This document shows, one piece after another, positions 19,446-28,758 of a stretch of DNA of 37,029 nt. Source of the DNA: Candidatus Sericytochromatia bacterium. Lineage in GTDB: Bacteria; Cyanobacteriota; Sericytochromatia; S15B-MN24; JAQBPE01. The notes under the pieces are model-generated. The model saw nothing but the letters and a program-made list of their open reading frames with translations, was not told the DNA's origin and did no database searches. The position numbers were made by a program, and so were the translations under genes. Each line of letters opens with the position of its first letter. Positions within the stretch are counted from its first letter, which is position 1. The DNA is taken from contig JAYKHR010000109.1 in assembly GCA_035285125.1 (NCBI GenBank), positions 1 through 37,029 of the forward strand. The letters run 5' to 3'.

Positions 19446-20635
19446 CGGCGGCGCCCGGGCGGCCCGCGGTGCTCCACGCGGTGCGGGCCTACCTGCCCGT
19501 CACGGAGAACTGGATCCACGAGCAGCTGCGCCAGCTGCAGGGCTACAGCCCCGTGGTGGTGTGTGACGTGCCGGAACGGCCGGAGGCCTTTCCCGTGGCG
19601 GCCCTGCACGTCCTGGAGCCCGCGCCCGCCTGGCGCACCTGGGTGAACCGGCTGCACCGCCGGCTGTGGCACGCCAACTGGCCCGGCACCTACGAGGCCG
19701 TGCTGCAGGCCTGCAGGCCGGCGCTCGTCCACGCCCACTTCGGTGACCGGGGCGTGCTGATGCTGGCGACGGCGATGCGGCACGGCCTCCCGCTGGTGAC
19801 GACCTTTTACGGCTATGACGTGTCCAAGCTGCCGCGCGAGCCCAAGTGGCGCCCGCGGCTGGCCAGGCTCTTCGCCAGCGGCGATCGCTTCCTGGTCGAG
19901 GGGCCGCACATGCGCGACGCGCTCGTGACGCTGGGCTGTCCCCCCGAGAAGGTCTTCGTCCACCACCTGGGCCTCGACCCGACGCGCTACCCATACCGGG
20001 TCCGGCGCCCCGGGCCGGGGCCCGTGCGGCTGCTGGTGGCGGGCAGCTTCCGCGAAAAGAAGGGGCTGGCCTATGCGCTGGAGGCCTTCGGGCGGGTGGC
20101 CGCGCGGCGTCCGGGGCAGGTGGCGCTGACCGTGATCGGCGATGGGCCCCTGCGCGAGGCGCTGGTCGGGATCCCGCGGGCCCATGGCGTGGAGCCCTGG
20201 GTGCGCTGGCTCGGCTACCAGCCCCATGCGGTCTTCCTGGCCGAGGCCCTGGCCGCGCACGTGCTGCTCGCGCCCAGCGTGGTGGCCTCGGACGGAGACA
20301 CGGAGGGTGGCGCCCCCGTCACGCTGCTGGAGGCCCAGGCCACCGGCCTGCCGGTGCTTGCGACGTGGCATGCCGACGTGCCGGAGGTGACCCGCCCCGG
20401 CGCCAGCGCGTGGCTCGTGCCCGAGCGCAGCGTGGAGGCCCTCGAGGAGCGGCTGGAGTGGCTGCTGGCCAACCCCGGGGCCTGGGCCGAGATGGGGCGC
20501 GCGGGCCGGGCCCATGTCGAGGCCGCCTTCGACTCGCGGCGTCTCGGTCGGGCGCTGGAGACCCACTACGACGAGGTGCTGGCGGCCCGGGCCCGGCCTC
20601 AGCCGAAGGGGCGCTCGTACCCCTCGAAGTCGTAG
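19442..20635 (+). CDS. Glycosyltransferase family 4 (WcaL-like)
   Basis: VHAHFG, TTFYGYDVS, REKKGL, DGDTEGGAPVTLLEAQATGLPV; GTGA-coupled start. Confidence 0.9.
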   Translation: MTAAPGRPAVLHAVRAYLPVTENWIHEQLRQLQGYSPVVVCDVPERPEAFPVAALHVLEPAPAWRTWVNRLHRRLWHANWPGTYEAVLQACRPALVHAHFGDRGVLMLATAMRHGLPLVTTFYGYDVSKLPREPKWRPRLARLFASGDRFLVEGPHMRDALVTLGCPPEKVFVHHLGLDPTRYPYRVRRPGPGPVRLLVAGSFREKKGLAYALEAFGRVAARRPGQVALTVIGDGPLREALVGIPRAHGVEPWVRWLGYQPHAVFLAEALAAHVLLAPSVVASDGDTEGGAPVTLLEAQATGLPVLATWHADVPEVTRPGASAWLVPERSVEALEERLEWLLANPGAWAEMGRAGRAHVEAAFDSRRLGRALETHYDEVLAARARPQPKGRSYPSKS

Positions 20636-21150
20636 GTCAGCTCGCGCGTGCGCGCCCCAATGGGGCGCGCGGGCACCCCCCCCACGATGGTGTAGGGAGC
20701 CACGTCCCGCGTCACCACCGCCCCGGCGGCCACGACGGCGCCCTCCCCGACGCTGACGCCGGGCAGCACGGTGACGCGCGCCCCCAGCCAGGCGCGATCG
20801 CCGATCGCGATGGGGGCCGTGCGACCGGCGAAGGTCGGTGACTGGGGGTCGTGGTCGGCCGTCAGCAGCATGACGTCAGGGCCCGTGGCGACGGCCCGGC
20901 CGATGGTCAACCCGCCGCGGCCGTCGAGGAGCGCCCCCTGGTCGAGCGTGGTGCCAGCCCCCACGCGCACGCCGCCGCGCGTCGTCAGCCTGGCCCCGAG
21001 GTGGATCGAGCTGCCGGGTGCCAGCGTCACGCCCATCGCCTGGCGGTACCAGGCGTTGCGAAGCCGGTGTGAGGGCAGGAAGGCGACGAGGCGGTTCGTC
21101 AGCCAGAGCAGCAGGCCGAAGCGCCGAGCGGAGAGCGAAGGGCGGGGCAG
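20599..21150 (-). CDS. Hexapeptide-repeat sugar O-acetyltransferase (WcaF/Maa-like), probable CTG start
   Basis: LDGRGGLTIG, TADHD, IGDRAWLGARVTVLPGVSVGEGAVVAAGAVVTRDV..VGGVPAR; family-like N-terminus continues upstream of ATG 21036 to CTG 21150 with GGAGG. Confidence 0.85.
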   Translation of the reverse strand: MPRPSLSARRFGLLLWLTNRLVAFLPSHRLRNAWYRQAMGVTLAPGSSIHLGARLTTRGGVRVGAGTTLDQGALLDGRGGLTIGRAVATGPDVMLLTADHDPQSPTFAGRTAPIAIGDRAWLGARVTVLPGVSVGEGAVVAAGAVVTRDVAPYTIVGGVPARPIGARTRELTYDFEGYERPFG

Positions 21151-21201
21151 GGGTGATCCTCCGCCCCCCTCATACCCGCGCCCCGGAGGGCCTCTCGCGC
21201 G

Positions 21202-22035
21202 TCAGCGACGTGACGCCTGGGCGCTGCCCGCGACGCGCATGGCCTCGGCGTAGGCCTCTGCCAGCTCATGGCTGGCGGCCCGCGCCTTCGGCGGCTTGCC
21301 CAGGGCCGCCACGACGCGCCACCGGCGCCTGTCCAGGTCAGCCAGGCGCCTCTCGAGCGCCGCGCCGGGCCTGGCGCGGCGCGCTGCGGCCAGCGCCTCC
21401 CGGACGGCCGCCAGCCGGGGGCGGGCCTCGGCGGGCCGGTCGGCCAGCACGGCCAGGTGGGCCGCGACGGCGGGCGCGTAGCCGCGCTCCAGGTGGAGCA
21501 ACGCTGCGCCGGCGCCGACCTGGCTGCCGCCGCCCCCACCGCCCTGTGAGCGGCCCTCCTCAAGGGCGATCAGGCGCATCACCAGCGCATGGGCGGCCTC
21601 GTTGGCGGTGGCCCGACGCCGTCCGACCACGGCTGCCTCCAGCCCAGGCAGGCCCGCCCGGGCCGCGTGCAGCTCCGCCCGCTCGGGGCCCGTCCTGGGC
21701 GTCTCGGCGAGGCAGGCCGTGAGCAGCGCGTTCAGCCCCGCCAGCTCCTCGCTCGCGCGGGGCCAGGCCCCGAGCACCACCGCGCCGTGTAGCCGGGCGG
21801 CCCGCTCGATGGCGGCAGGCCCTGCGGCGGCCGGCGGCGAGGCCGGCTTGGGACGGGCGTGCGGCGATCGCGAGGCCGGCCAGCCGGGGGGGCGTCCCGC
21901 GCTGGGCTGCGTGGGTTGGGGTGATGCGGCCAGGGCCGGCGGGGTCGCCGTCAGGCTTGCCAGCACCACCTGGCAGAGCGCCAGGGCCACCCCGCTGCGC
22001 CAGGGGCTCGGGGGAACGGGCCGGTGGGGTCGCAT
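21202..22035 (-). CDS. Hypothetical exported, helical Ala/Arg-rich protein
   Basis: Signal-like N-terminus ending PPALA-A; AAAGGAGG RBS; no recognisable family. Confidence 0.55.
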   Translation of the reverse strand: MRPHRPVPPSPWRSGVALALCQVVLASLTATPPALAASPQPTQPSAGRPPGWPASRSPHARPKPASPPAAAGPAAIERAARLHGAVVLGAWPRASEELAGLNALLTACLAETPRTGPERAELHAARAGLPGLEAAVVGRRRATANEAAHALVMRLIALEEGRSQGGGGGGSQVGAGAALLHLERGYAPAVAAHLAVLADRPAEARPRLAAVREALAAARRARPGAALERRLADLDRRRWRVVAALGKPPKARAASHELAEAYAEAMRVAGSAQASRR

Positions 22036-22139
22036 GGGGGCCTCCTTTCAGGCGCTCCCGTCCAGCTTGCCCGGGCGCGCCCGGGGCCGCCTCGGTGGTG
22101 GTGACGAAGGCCTCCGTCGTTTTGCCGTATCATGGCGGC

Positions 22140-23207
22140 ATGACCCTCCGCGTCTTCTCCGACCCCGGTTGCACCGCCCACGACACGGGGGAGCACCCCG
22201 AACAGCCTGCCCGCTGGGAGCGGGCGGACGCCGCGTTGCGCGCGCTGGTGGGGTCGCCCGGGCAGCCCCTGGTCTTCGAGCGTCCGGCTGCGATCACCCC
22301 CGACGTGCTCGCGCTCGTGCACCCGCCCGCGCACAGCGCCCGCCTGGCCGCCTTCTGCGCCGCGGGCGGCGGCCAGCTGGACGAGGACACGGTGGCCTCG
22401 CCCGAGACTGAGGCCGTGGCCCGCGTCTCGGCGGGGGCGGCGGTGGCCGCCGCCGCCGCGGTGCTGACGGGCCCCGGGCGCCAGGCCGTCGCCCTCTGCA
22501 GGCCCCCCGGGCACCACGCCCTGCCGACGGAGACCATGGGCTTCTGCCTCTACAACAACGCCGCCCTGGCGGCCCGCTGGGCGCAGGTGCACGGTGGCCT
22601 TCGCCGCGTGGCCATCTTCGACTGGGACGTGCACCACGGCAACGGCACCGAGGCGATCTTCGCGGACGACCCCAGCGTGCTGTTCATGTCGTGCCACCAG
22701 CACCCGAACTGGCCGGGCACCGGGCGGCCCGAGGACATCGGCACGGGGGCGGGCGTCGGCCACACGGCCAACGTCCGTCTGCCCATTGGCACGGGCGATG
22801 CGGGCGTGGCCCGCGTCGTGGCGGAGGTCTTCGACCCGCTGGTGGCGGCCTTCGAGCCAGAGCTCGTGATCGTCTCGGCGGGCTTCGATGCGCACTGGCG
22901 CGACCCGCTCGGGCGCCTCGGCTTCACCGTCGCGGGCTACGCCGCGCTGACGCGGGCCGTCCTGCGCTGGGCCGAGGCGTACGCGGGGGGGCGCTGCGTG
23001 ATCCTGCTGGAGGGCGGCTACGACGTGGACGCGCTGGCGGCCTCCCTGACGGCCGTGGTGCAGGTGCTGCGGGGCGGCGCGGTGGAGGACCCCTTCGGCG
23101 CCAGCCCCTACCCCGAGCCCGAGGCGGCGCTGGCACGCGCCATCGCCGAGACGCGGGCGGCGCTCGCGGCCCACTGGCCGCTGGCGCCTCAGGCCAACCC
23201 GAGGTAG
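22140..23207 (+). CDS. Histone deacetylase family (class II-like/AcuC-AphA) amidohydrolase
   Basis: HPE, RPPGHHA, GFCLYNNAA, DWDVHHGNGT, SAGFDAH, LEGGY; TATCAT 6 nt before the ATG. Confidence 0.92.
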   Translation: MTLRVFSDPGCTAHDTGEHPEQPARWERADAALRALVGSPGQPLVFERPAAITPDVLALVHPPAHSARLAAFCAAGGGQLDEDTVASPETEAVARVSAGAAVAAAAAVLTGPGRQAVALCRPPGHHALPTETMGFCLYNNAALAARWAQVHGGLRRVAIFDWDVHHGNGTEAIFADDPSVLFMSCHQHPNWPGTGRPEDIGTGAGVGHTANVRLPIGTGDAGVARVVAEVFDPLVAAFEPELVIVSAGFDAHWRDPLGRLGFTVAGYAALTRAVLRWAEAYAGGRCVILLEGGYDVDALAASLTAVVQVLRGGAVEDPFGASPYPEPEAALARAIAETRAALAAHWPLAPQANPR

Positions 23208-24304
23208 GCCGCGAGTCCCTTCAACACGAGGCCGTCAGCCCCGGCCCCGGCCCGCACCTGCGCCAGGGCCGCCTGGGCGCGATCTGGCTCCTGGCGGGGC
23301 CGGGCGGCGAGGGCCTGCTGGTAGGCCAGGCCGACGCGCAGGATGGCCGCCAGCCGCGACAGCCCCACGCGCTCGGCCCCGCCGGGGGCCGCCAGGGCCT
23401 GGAACAGCCCCTCCCAGGCCTCCAGGGGGGACGGATAGATCTCCCAGTCGGCCGGGGCAGAGCGCGCCTCTCGCCACCGACGGCCCGTCTCCCGGCCGTG
23501 GCGCAGCTGGCGCATGCCTTCTGCCAGGGCCTCTGGGCCCAGGACGTGCAGCGTGGCAAGGAAGCCCACGCGGCGGACGTCGCTCTCGCCGAGCCCCATG
23601 TGGGCAGCGATGCCACAGCACAGCGTGCGCAGCTTGCCCCCGGGCCGCTCACCGGGCGTGCGCCCGGTGGGCTTGCTGCTCGCCACGGCGATCGCCGCAT
23701 CGAAGAGCAGGCCCTCGAACTGGTTGTAACGCTGGCACTCCGCGATCGCGCGGGTCACGAGGGCGGTGAAGCCGTCGACCCAGGCCGCGCGCTCGGGGGC
23801 CGGCGTGCCCTCCAGCAGCAACACGCCCAGCGGGGCCTCGTCGAGCCCGTCGAAGGGCAGCACCAGCAGCTGCGTGCCGGGGGGCACGTCGGCGTTGCCG
23901 AAGGAGACCAGGCCGCCGCCGTCGGCGGAGACGCGCAGGGCCTCGCCAGCGATGAAGGCTTCCTCGACGAGCTCCACCTGGTAAGGCGGGACGATCCCGG
24001 CCGTGGAGGCCGTCACCTCGAGGAAGGACTCCTCTCCCACGAGGGCGACGAGGCCTGCCTCGAAGCCCAGCGTCTGGACGGCTTCCTCGAGCACCAGCCG
24101 CCCCAGGGCGAAGGGGTCCGTGACCTCCCGCAGCGCCGCAAGCAGGATCTCGCGGTGGTCGAGCCTGTCTCGGGCGGCCTGGAGGTCGTGCGCGAGGCGC
24201 CGGTCATCCTCGCGGTGCCGCTCTTCGAGCAGGGCCTGCAAGGCGAGTGGGGAGATGGCGAGGGTCTGGCGGGGGAACCAACGTCCAGGTTGGTGCTCCG
24301 GCAT
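23189..24304 (-). CDS. GAF-domain protein with degenerate HD-like C-terminal region
   Basis: GAF-like LLVLPF...PLGVLLL...ALVTRAIA; then IAAHMGLGESDVRRVGFLATLHVLG (HD becomes HV); AGGAGG RBS. Confidence 0.6.
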   Translation of the reverse strand: MPEHQPGRWFPRQTLAISPLALQALLEERHREDDRRLAHDLQAARDRLDHREILLAALREVTDPFALGRLVLEEAVQTLGFEAGLVALVGEESFLEVTASTAGIVPPYQVELVEEAFIAGEALRVSADGGGLVSFGNADVPPGTQLLVLPFDGLDEAPLGVLLLEGTPAPERAAWVDGFTALVTRAIAECQRYNQFEGLLFDAAIAVASSKPTGRTPGERPGGKLRTLCCGIAAHMGLGESDVRRVGFLATLHVLGPEALAEGMRQLRHGRETGRRWREARSAPADWEIYPSPLEAWEGLFQALAAPGGAERVGLSRLAAILRVGLAYQQALAARPRQEPDRAQAALAQVRAGAGADGLVLKGLAAYLGLA

Positions 24305-24388
24305 GCGGGCCTCCTGACCCCAAGGGTGCGAGGGGTGATTATGTTACTCTACCCCTGTACCCTCGGCAAGGCCAGCCGCCACCCGAAC

Positions 24389-24422
24389 AAAAAGGGCGGC
24401 GCCCAGGCCCTGGCCGCCGCCC
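24389..24422 (-). terminator. Intrinsic terminator after the carboxylase gene
   Basis: Minus strand GGGCGGCG...CGCCGCCC stem followed by TTTTT. Confidence 0.7.
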
Positions 24423-24452
24423 CCGCATGATCGCGCCTGCGCGACGCGGTGG

Positions 24453-26000
24453 TCAGACCGGGTAGACGCCGTGCTTGCGCAGCGGCGTCTCGACCTCCTT
24501 GGACTCGGCGCGCGCGAAGCGGCGGACGAGTTCGTCCCGCAGGGCGTTGCCCGGCACGATGTCGTCGATCACGAGCTCCGAGGCCAGGCGGTAGATGTCG
24601 ATGTCCGCCTGGTATTCGCGGCGCCGCTCCTCGATGAAGGCTTGCTTTGCCTCCCCCTCGAGTTCGGCGATCTTGTTGGCGTAGACCGCGTTGATGGCCG
24701 CCTCGGGGCCCATGACGGCGATCGAGGCGGTGGGCAGCGCGATGGTGCACTCGGGCTCGAAGGCGGGGCCGCTCATCGCGTAAAGGCCCGCCCCATAAGC
24801 CTTGCGGACCACCACGCAGATCTTGGGCACGGTGGCGTCCGACATCGCCGAGATCATCTTCGCGCCGTGGCGGATGATGCCCTCCTTCTCGACCTTCGAG
24901 CCGATCATGAAGCCCGGCACGTCGGAGAGGAACAGCAGCGGGATGTTGAAGGCGTCGCACAGCCACATGAAGCGCGCGGCCTTGTCCGCCGAGTCGACGA
25001 AGAGCACGCCGCCCTTGACCTTGGGCTGGTTCGCCAGGATGCCCACGACCCGGCCGTCGAGGCGCCCGAGGCCGGTGATCATCTCCTGCGCGAAGAGCTT
25101 CTTGATGGGCAGGAAGGTGCCTTCATCCACCAGCTGGGTGATCACGTTCATCATGTCGAAGGGCGTGTTCTGGTTGGGCGGCACGACCTCCTCGATCGGC
25201 TTGCCACCCGCCACGATGGGCTTGCTTTCCGCCTCCGGGGCGGGCTCCGTGCAGTTGGAAGGGAAGTACGAGACGTAGCGCTTGGCGGTCTCGATGGCCT
25301 CCGCCTCGGTCTTGCACAGGAAGTCGCCGCAGCCGCTGGTGGTGCAGTGCATGCGGGCCCCGCCCATCTCCTCGAGCGTGACCTTCTCGCCGATCACCAT
25401 CTCGGCCATCCGGGGCGAGCCCAGGTACATGCTCGCGTTCGCCTCGACCATGATCACGACGTCGCAGAAGGCCGGGATATAGGCGCCACCGGCGGCCGAA
25501 GGCCCGAACAGCACGCAGATCTGGGGGATGACGCCGGACAGCCGAACCTGGTTGAAGAAGATCCGGCCAGCGCCCCGACGGCCCGGGAACATCTCGACCT
25601 GGTCGGTGATGCGGGCGCCCGCCGAGTCGACCAGGTAGAACAGCGGGATGCGCAGCTTCTGTGCCGTCTCCTGGATGCGGATGATCTTCTCGACCGTGCG
25701 CTGCCCCCACGACCCGGCCTTCACGGTGGAGTCATTGGCCATGATCGCGACGGGGCGCCCCTCGATCAGGCCGATGCCCGTCACCACACCGTCAGCGGGC
25801 AGGTCCTTGGCGTTGCAGTTGGCGAAGAGGCCGTCCTCCTGGAACGAGCCCTCGTCGACCAGCAGCGAGATGCGGTCGCGGGCGAACAGCTTGCCCGCTG
25901 CCTTGGCGCTCTCGTGGTACTTGGGCGCACCGCCCGCCTGGATGGCCGCAATCTTGGCCTGCAGGTCGTCGGTCAGGGGGGAGGCGGTCGGGGCGGACAT
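24453..26000 (-). CDS. Acyl-CoA carboxylase carboxyltransferase subunit (YngE/methylcrotonyl-CoA carboxylase beta-like)
   Basis: ANDSTVKAGSWG, DSAGARITDQ, GPSAAGGAYIPA, DVPGFMIG, RKAYGAGLYAM, RKHGVYPV; AAGGAG RBS. Confidence 0.93.
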   Translation of the reverse strand: MSAPTASPLTDDLQAKIAAIQAGGAPKYHESAKAAGKLFARDRISLLVDEGSFQEDGLFANCNAKDLPADGVVTGIGLIEGRPVAIMANDSTVKAGSWGQRTVEKIIRIQETAQKLRIPLFYLVDSAGARITDQVEMFPGRRGAGRIFFNQVRLSGVIPQICVLFGPSAAGGAYIPAFCDVVIMVEANASMYLGSPRMAEMVIGEKVTLEEMGGARMHCTTSGCGDFLCKTEAEAIETAKRYVSYFPSNCTEPAPEAESKPIVAGGKPIEEVVPPNQNTPFDMMNVITQLVDEGTFLPIKKLFAQEMITGLGRLDGRVVGILANQPKVKGGVLFVDSADKAARFMWLCDAFNIPLLFLSDVPGFMIGSKVEKEGIIRHGAKMISAMSDATVPKICVVVRKAYGAGLYAMSGPAFEPECTIALPTASIAVMGPEAAINAVYANKIAELEGEAKQAFIEERRREYQADIDIYRLASELVIDDIVPGNALRDELVRRFARAESKEVETPLRKHGVYPV

Positions 26001-26092
26001 CGGGTTGCTCCTTGCTTGCAGCTTGGCTGGAAAGCAGCATTTTAAGGCTCTCTCAGGCGGAGATCAAGGAAGCCGCGGGCAGCCCTCCAAGA

Positions 26093-27517
26093 TCACGGCG
26101 GCGGCGCAGGCGTCGGTTGGACCACCGGTCCCTCGAGGGTCTGGGGGTAAACGGCGAGGTGGGCGTTGGTGCGGCCCTCGCCATACAAGTCGTCCCGGCC
26201 GGGTGGGCCGAGGTCGTCCACTGCCGCGAGCAGGCGCGCCCGCGCGAGATCGGTCCATGTCGCGTCCAGCCGGTTGTTGCCCGGATCGTACCGGGCCACG
26301 AGCTGGGCAGCGACGCCCGCGACGAACGGCGTCGCCATCGACGTGCCGGACTCCACGGCGTACCCGGACGCGTCTCCCAAGGTGCGCGGGTACGTCGAGA
26401 GGATGGCGGCCCCGGGGGCCACGAGGGCCAGCGCGTGGCCCCCGTTGGAGAACCCGCTTAGCCGCTCCCAGCCGAGGTATCGGCTCGTGCTGCCGACGGC
26501 GATGGCGAGTGGGGCGTTGGCCGGGCTGCCGACGAAGTCGAGCGACTCGTTGCCGGAGGCCGCCACCACCACGATGCCCCGGCGCCTTGCCATGGCGAAA
26601 GCCTGTGCGTACAGCGCGCTGACGTCCTCCAAGGCGGCGCCCAGGCTGAGGCTCAAGACCCGCACGCGGGAGCCGTCGTCGGGGGTGGGCAGCCACGCGA
26701 TGGCGGCCATGATGCCTTGCAGGATGCTCATGTCGGTGCCCGCGCCCTGCTGGTCCAGCACCTTCATCGGCAGGATCTGCGCCCCGGGGGCCACGCCCCG
26801 GATGCCCGCCTGGTCGTTTGCAGCGGCCACGATGCCCGCGCAGTGGGTCCCGTGGCCGTTGTCGTCCGAGATGTTGGCGCTCGGCGGGTCGACGAGCGTG
26901 TTCAGCCCTCCCGAGGCCACGCGGCCGGCGAACTCGGGGTGGGTTTCGTCGAGTCCGGAGTCGATGACGGCCACGACCACCTTGGAGGCAGCGGCGTCTG
27001 GCACGATCGCCCACGCGCCCTCCGTGTCGCCGAAGGCGGGCCGGTGGCTCCACTGGTCGGCGGCCATGTCGGGGGCGGGCTGGTTGGCGGTGAAGCGCCA
27101 GGCCTCAGGCTGCACGCCTTGGACGGCCCCCGTGGCCCAGAGCGCCCGGCGCCAGGCGGGCTCGACCGCCGGCGTCGGGGGGGACAGCCTCACGAGCAGC
27201 CGGTCTTCGAGCTGCAGCGAGCCCGAAATGGCGGTGCCGCTGAGCCCGGGGGCCGCCAGCAGCGACGCCGCCGTGCGCCCTGGCGCCAGCAACACGAGGA
27301 AGGCGCCCGTGTAGGCCTGGCTGGTCGTGTCGAGCATGCGGTTGCGGGCTCCCGGGCCCAGCCTGGCAGGCTGCGCGCCCACCATTCCGGGGGTGAGCGC
27401 CGCGGGCCTGGCCGAGCCGCCGACAGCGGGCTCTCCGGGGCCTGGCGCAGCCTGGCAGGCCGGGACGAGCAGCGTCGCCGCCGTGAGGGCGGCCTGCCAT
27501 GGCAGGCGATGGGTCAT
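26093..27517 (-). CDS. S8 subtilisin-like serine protease, lipoprotein
   Basis: Catalytic VAVIDSG, HGTHCAG, SGTSMATP; oxyanion AASGN; signal ending LLVPAC; ATGA-coupled. Confidence 0.92.
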   Translation of the reverse strand: MTHRLPWQAALTAATLLVPACQAAPGPGEPAVGGSARPAALTPGMVGAQPARLGPGARNRMLDTTSQAYTGAFLVLLAPGRTAASLLAAPGLSGTAISGSLQLEDRLLVRLSPPTPAVEPAWRRALWATGAVQGVQPEAWRFTANQPAPDMAADQWSHRPAFGDTEGAWAIVPDAAASKVVVAVIDSGLDETHPEFAGRVASGGLNTLVDPPSANISDDNGHGTHCAGIVAAANDQAGIRGVAPGAQILPMKVLDQQGAGTDMSILQGIMAAIAWLPTPDDGSRVRVLSLSLGAALEDVSALYAQAFAMARRRGIVVVAASGNESLDFVGSPANAPLAIAVGSTSRYLGWERLSGFSNGGHALALVAPGAAILSTYPRTLGDASGYAVESGTSMATPFVAGVAAQLVARYDPGNNRLDATWTDLARARLLAAVDDLGPPGRDDLYGEGRTNAHLAVYPQTLEGPVVQPTPAPPP

Positions 27518-28758
27518 GGCCTGTAGCCCTCCACCACGGCGCTGGCCCGCCCTGCCGCGTCCACGCCGCCGAGCGTCACGATCACGCCGTTCACCGCCAG
27601 CGCCACCAGCAGCGACCGGGGCGTGGGCAGCCTCGTCACGACGGTCCAGGCCGGCGTGGGCGCTGCGGGGTCCAGCCGCAGCACGTCCGCGTCGGGGGTG
27701 CCGTCGGGCCCGAGGCCGCCCACCAGGTAAAGCTGGCCCGCGAGCGCAACCAGGGCCGCCGAGTGTCTGGGGCTCGGCAGCGCCGGCGGGGCCCCTGGAC
27801 CGCCGGCGGCGCTGTCCCGCCACGTGTCGGTCGTGAGGTCGTAGGTGCGAACCTGGGCGGTGCCCGAGGCCTCCACGGCGCCGACCGGCGCGTAGCCTCC
27901 CACCACCCAGGCCTCGTCACCGACGACGGCGGCCGCCGCCCCCGCATAGGACGATGGGAAGGTGGCGCGGAGGCTGGTCGGCACGGTGTCGGAGGCCACC
28001 GTGAGGTGCTGGCTGAAGGCCGTGACACCCCCCTGGTTGAGGCCCCCGAACACGAGCAGCCTGCCGCGTTGCTCGTCCAGGGCGCTCGCGCCCGCGACCA
28101 CGGGCTGGGCCATGAAAAAGCCCATGTCCTCGACGGAGCCCGGCGTCAGCCGGTAGGTGCCCGTGGGGCCCGCCACCACCAGGTGCTGCCCAGCAGCGGC
28201 GTGGGCCACCAGGTCCGTCGGGGGGAACTCGAGCCCTGTGAGCGGGGCCCACGCCGCGGGGCCCGTCGGCGTCAGCGCCAGCACCTCCCCGGAGCCGCGG
28301 GGCTCGCCACCCACGGCCATCAGCGCATCGCCGACCCGGCCGGCCGCGAACCCGAAGCGCGGCCTCACCATCAGCGGCCACTGACGCCAGGCGTTCGGGG
28401 CCTGCGTGCCCGGCGTCAGCGCCGCCACGACGCCCGACTGACCACGGCGTCCGCCCCCGCCGGAGCCCCCGCCACCCGAGCCACCCGTCGTCTGCGCCAC
28501 ACTTCCCGGGGGTGCCACCGGCAGGGACATCGGGGCGGTGGCGGGGCCTGCCGACTGGTTGTTGGCGCTCTCCGCCGCGGCCTGGCCCGGCCCCGAGGGC
28601 GCCGGTCTGGGCTCACCCGCCTCGGTAGGCGCACCTGGCGCCGGGTCGGCCGCCGGGCGCCCCGTCAGCGTGGCCAGGCCCCCCCCGGGGCGGCCTGGCA
28701 CGCACGCCACCAGGGCACAGGCGAGGGCGCCGGTCAGGAACGCGGGCGGGCGCGTCAC
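27514..28758 (-). CDS. Kelch-repeat beta-propeller lipoprotein
   Basis: Lipobox LACALVAC; repeats LMAVGG, LLVFGG, AWVVGG, LYLVGG, IVTLGG with LPxPR/W spacing. Confidence 0.85.
   Translation of the reverse strand: MTRPPAFLTGALACALVACVPGRPGGGLATLTGRPAADPAPGAPTEAGEPRPAPSGPGQAAAESANNQSAGPATAPMSLPVAPPGSVAQTTGGSGGGGSGGGGRRGQSGVVAALTPGTQAPNAWRQWPLMVRPRFGFAAGRVGDALMAVGGEPRGSGEVLALTPTGPAAWAPLTGLEFPPTDLVAHAAAGQHLVVAGPTGTYRLTPGSVEDMGFFMAQPVVAGASALDEQRGRLLVFGGLNQGGVTAFSQHLTVASDTVPTSLRATFPSSYAGAAAAVVGDEAWVVGGYAPVGAVEASGTAQVRTYDLTTDTWRDSAAGGPGAPPALPSPRHSAALVALAGQLYLVGGLGPDGTPDADVLRLDPAAPTPAWTVVTRLPTPRSLLVALAVNGVIVTLGGVDAAGRASAVVEGYRP

Noticed and set aside
22140..23207. HDAC as another eukaryote-derived gene
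   Set aside because: This family is widespread in bacteria and nothing in the sequence indicates transfer.
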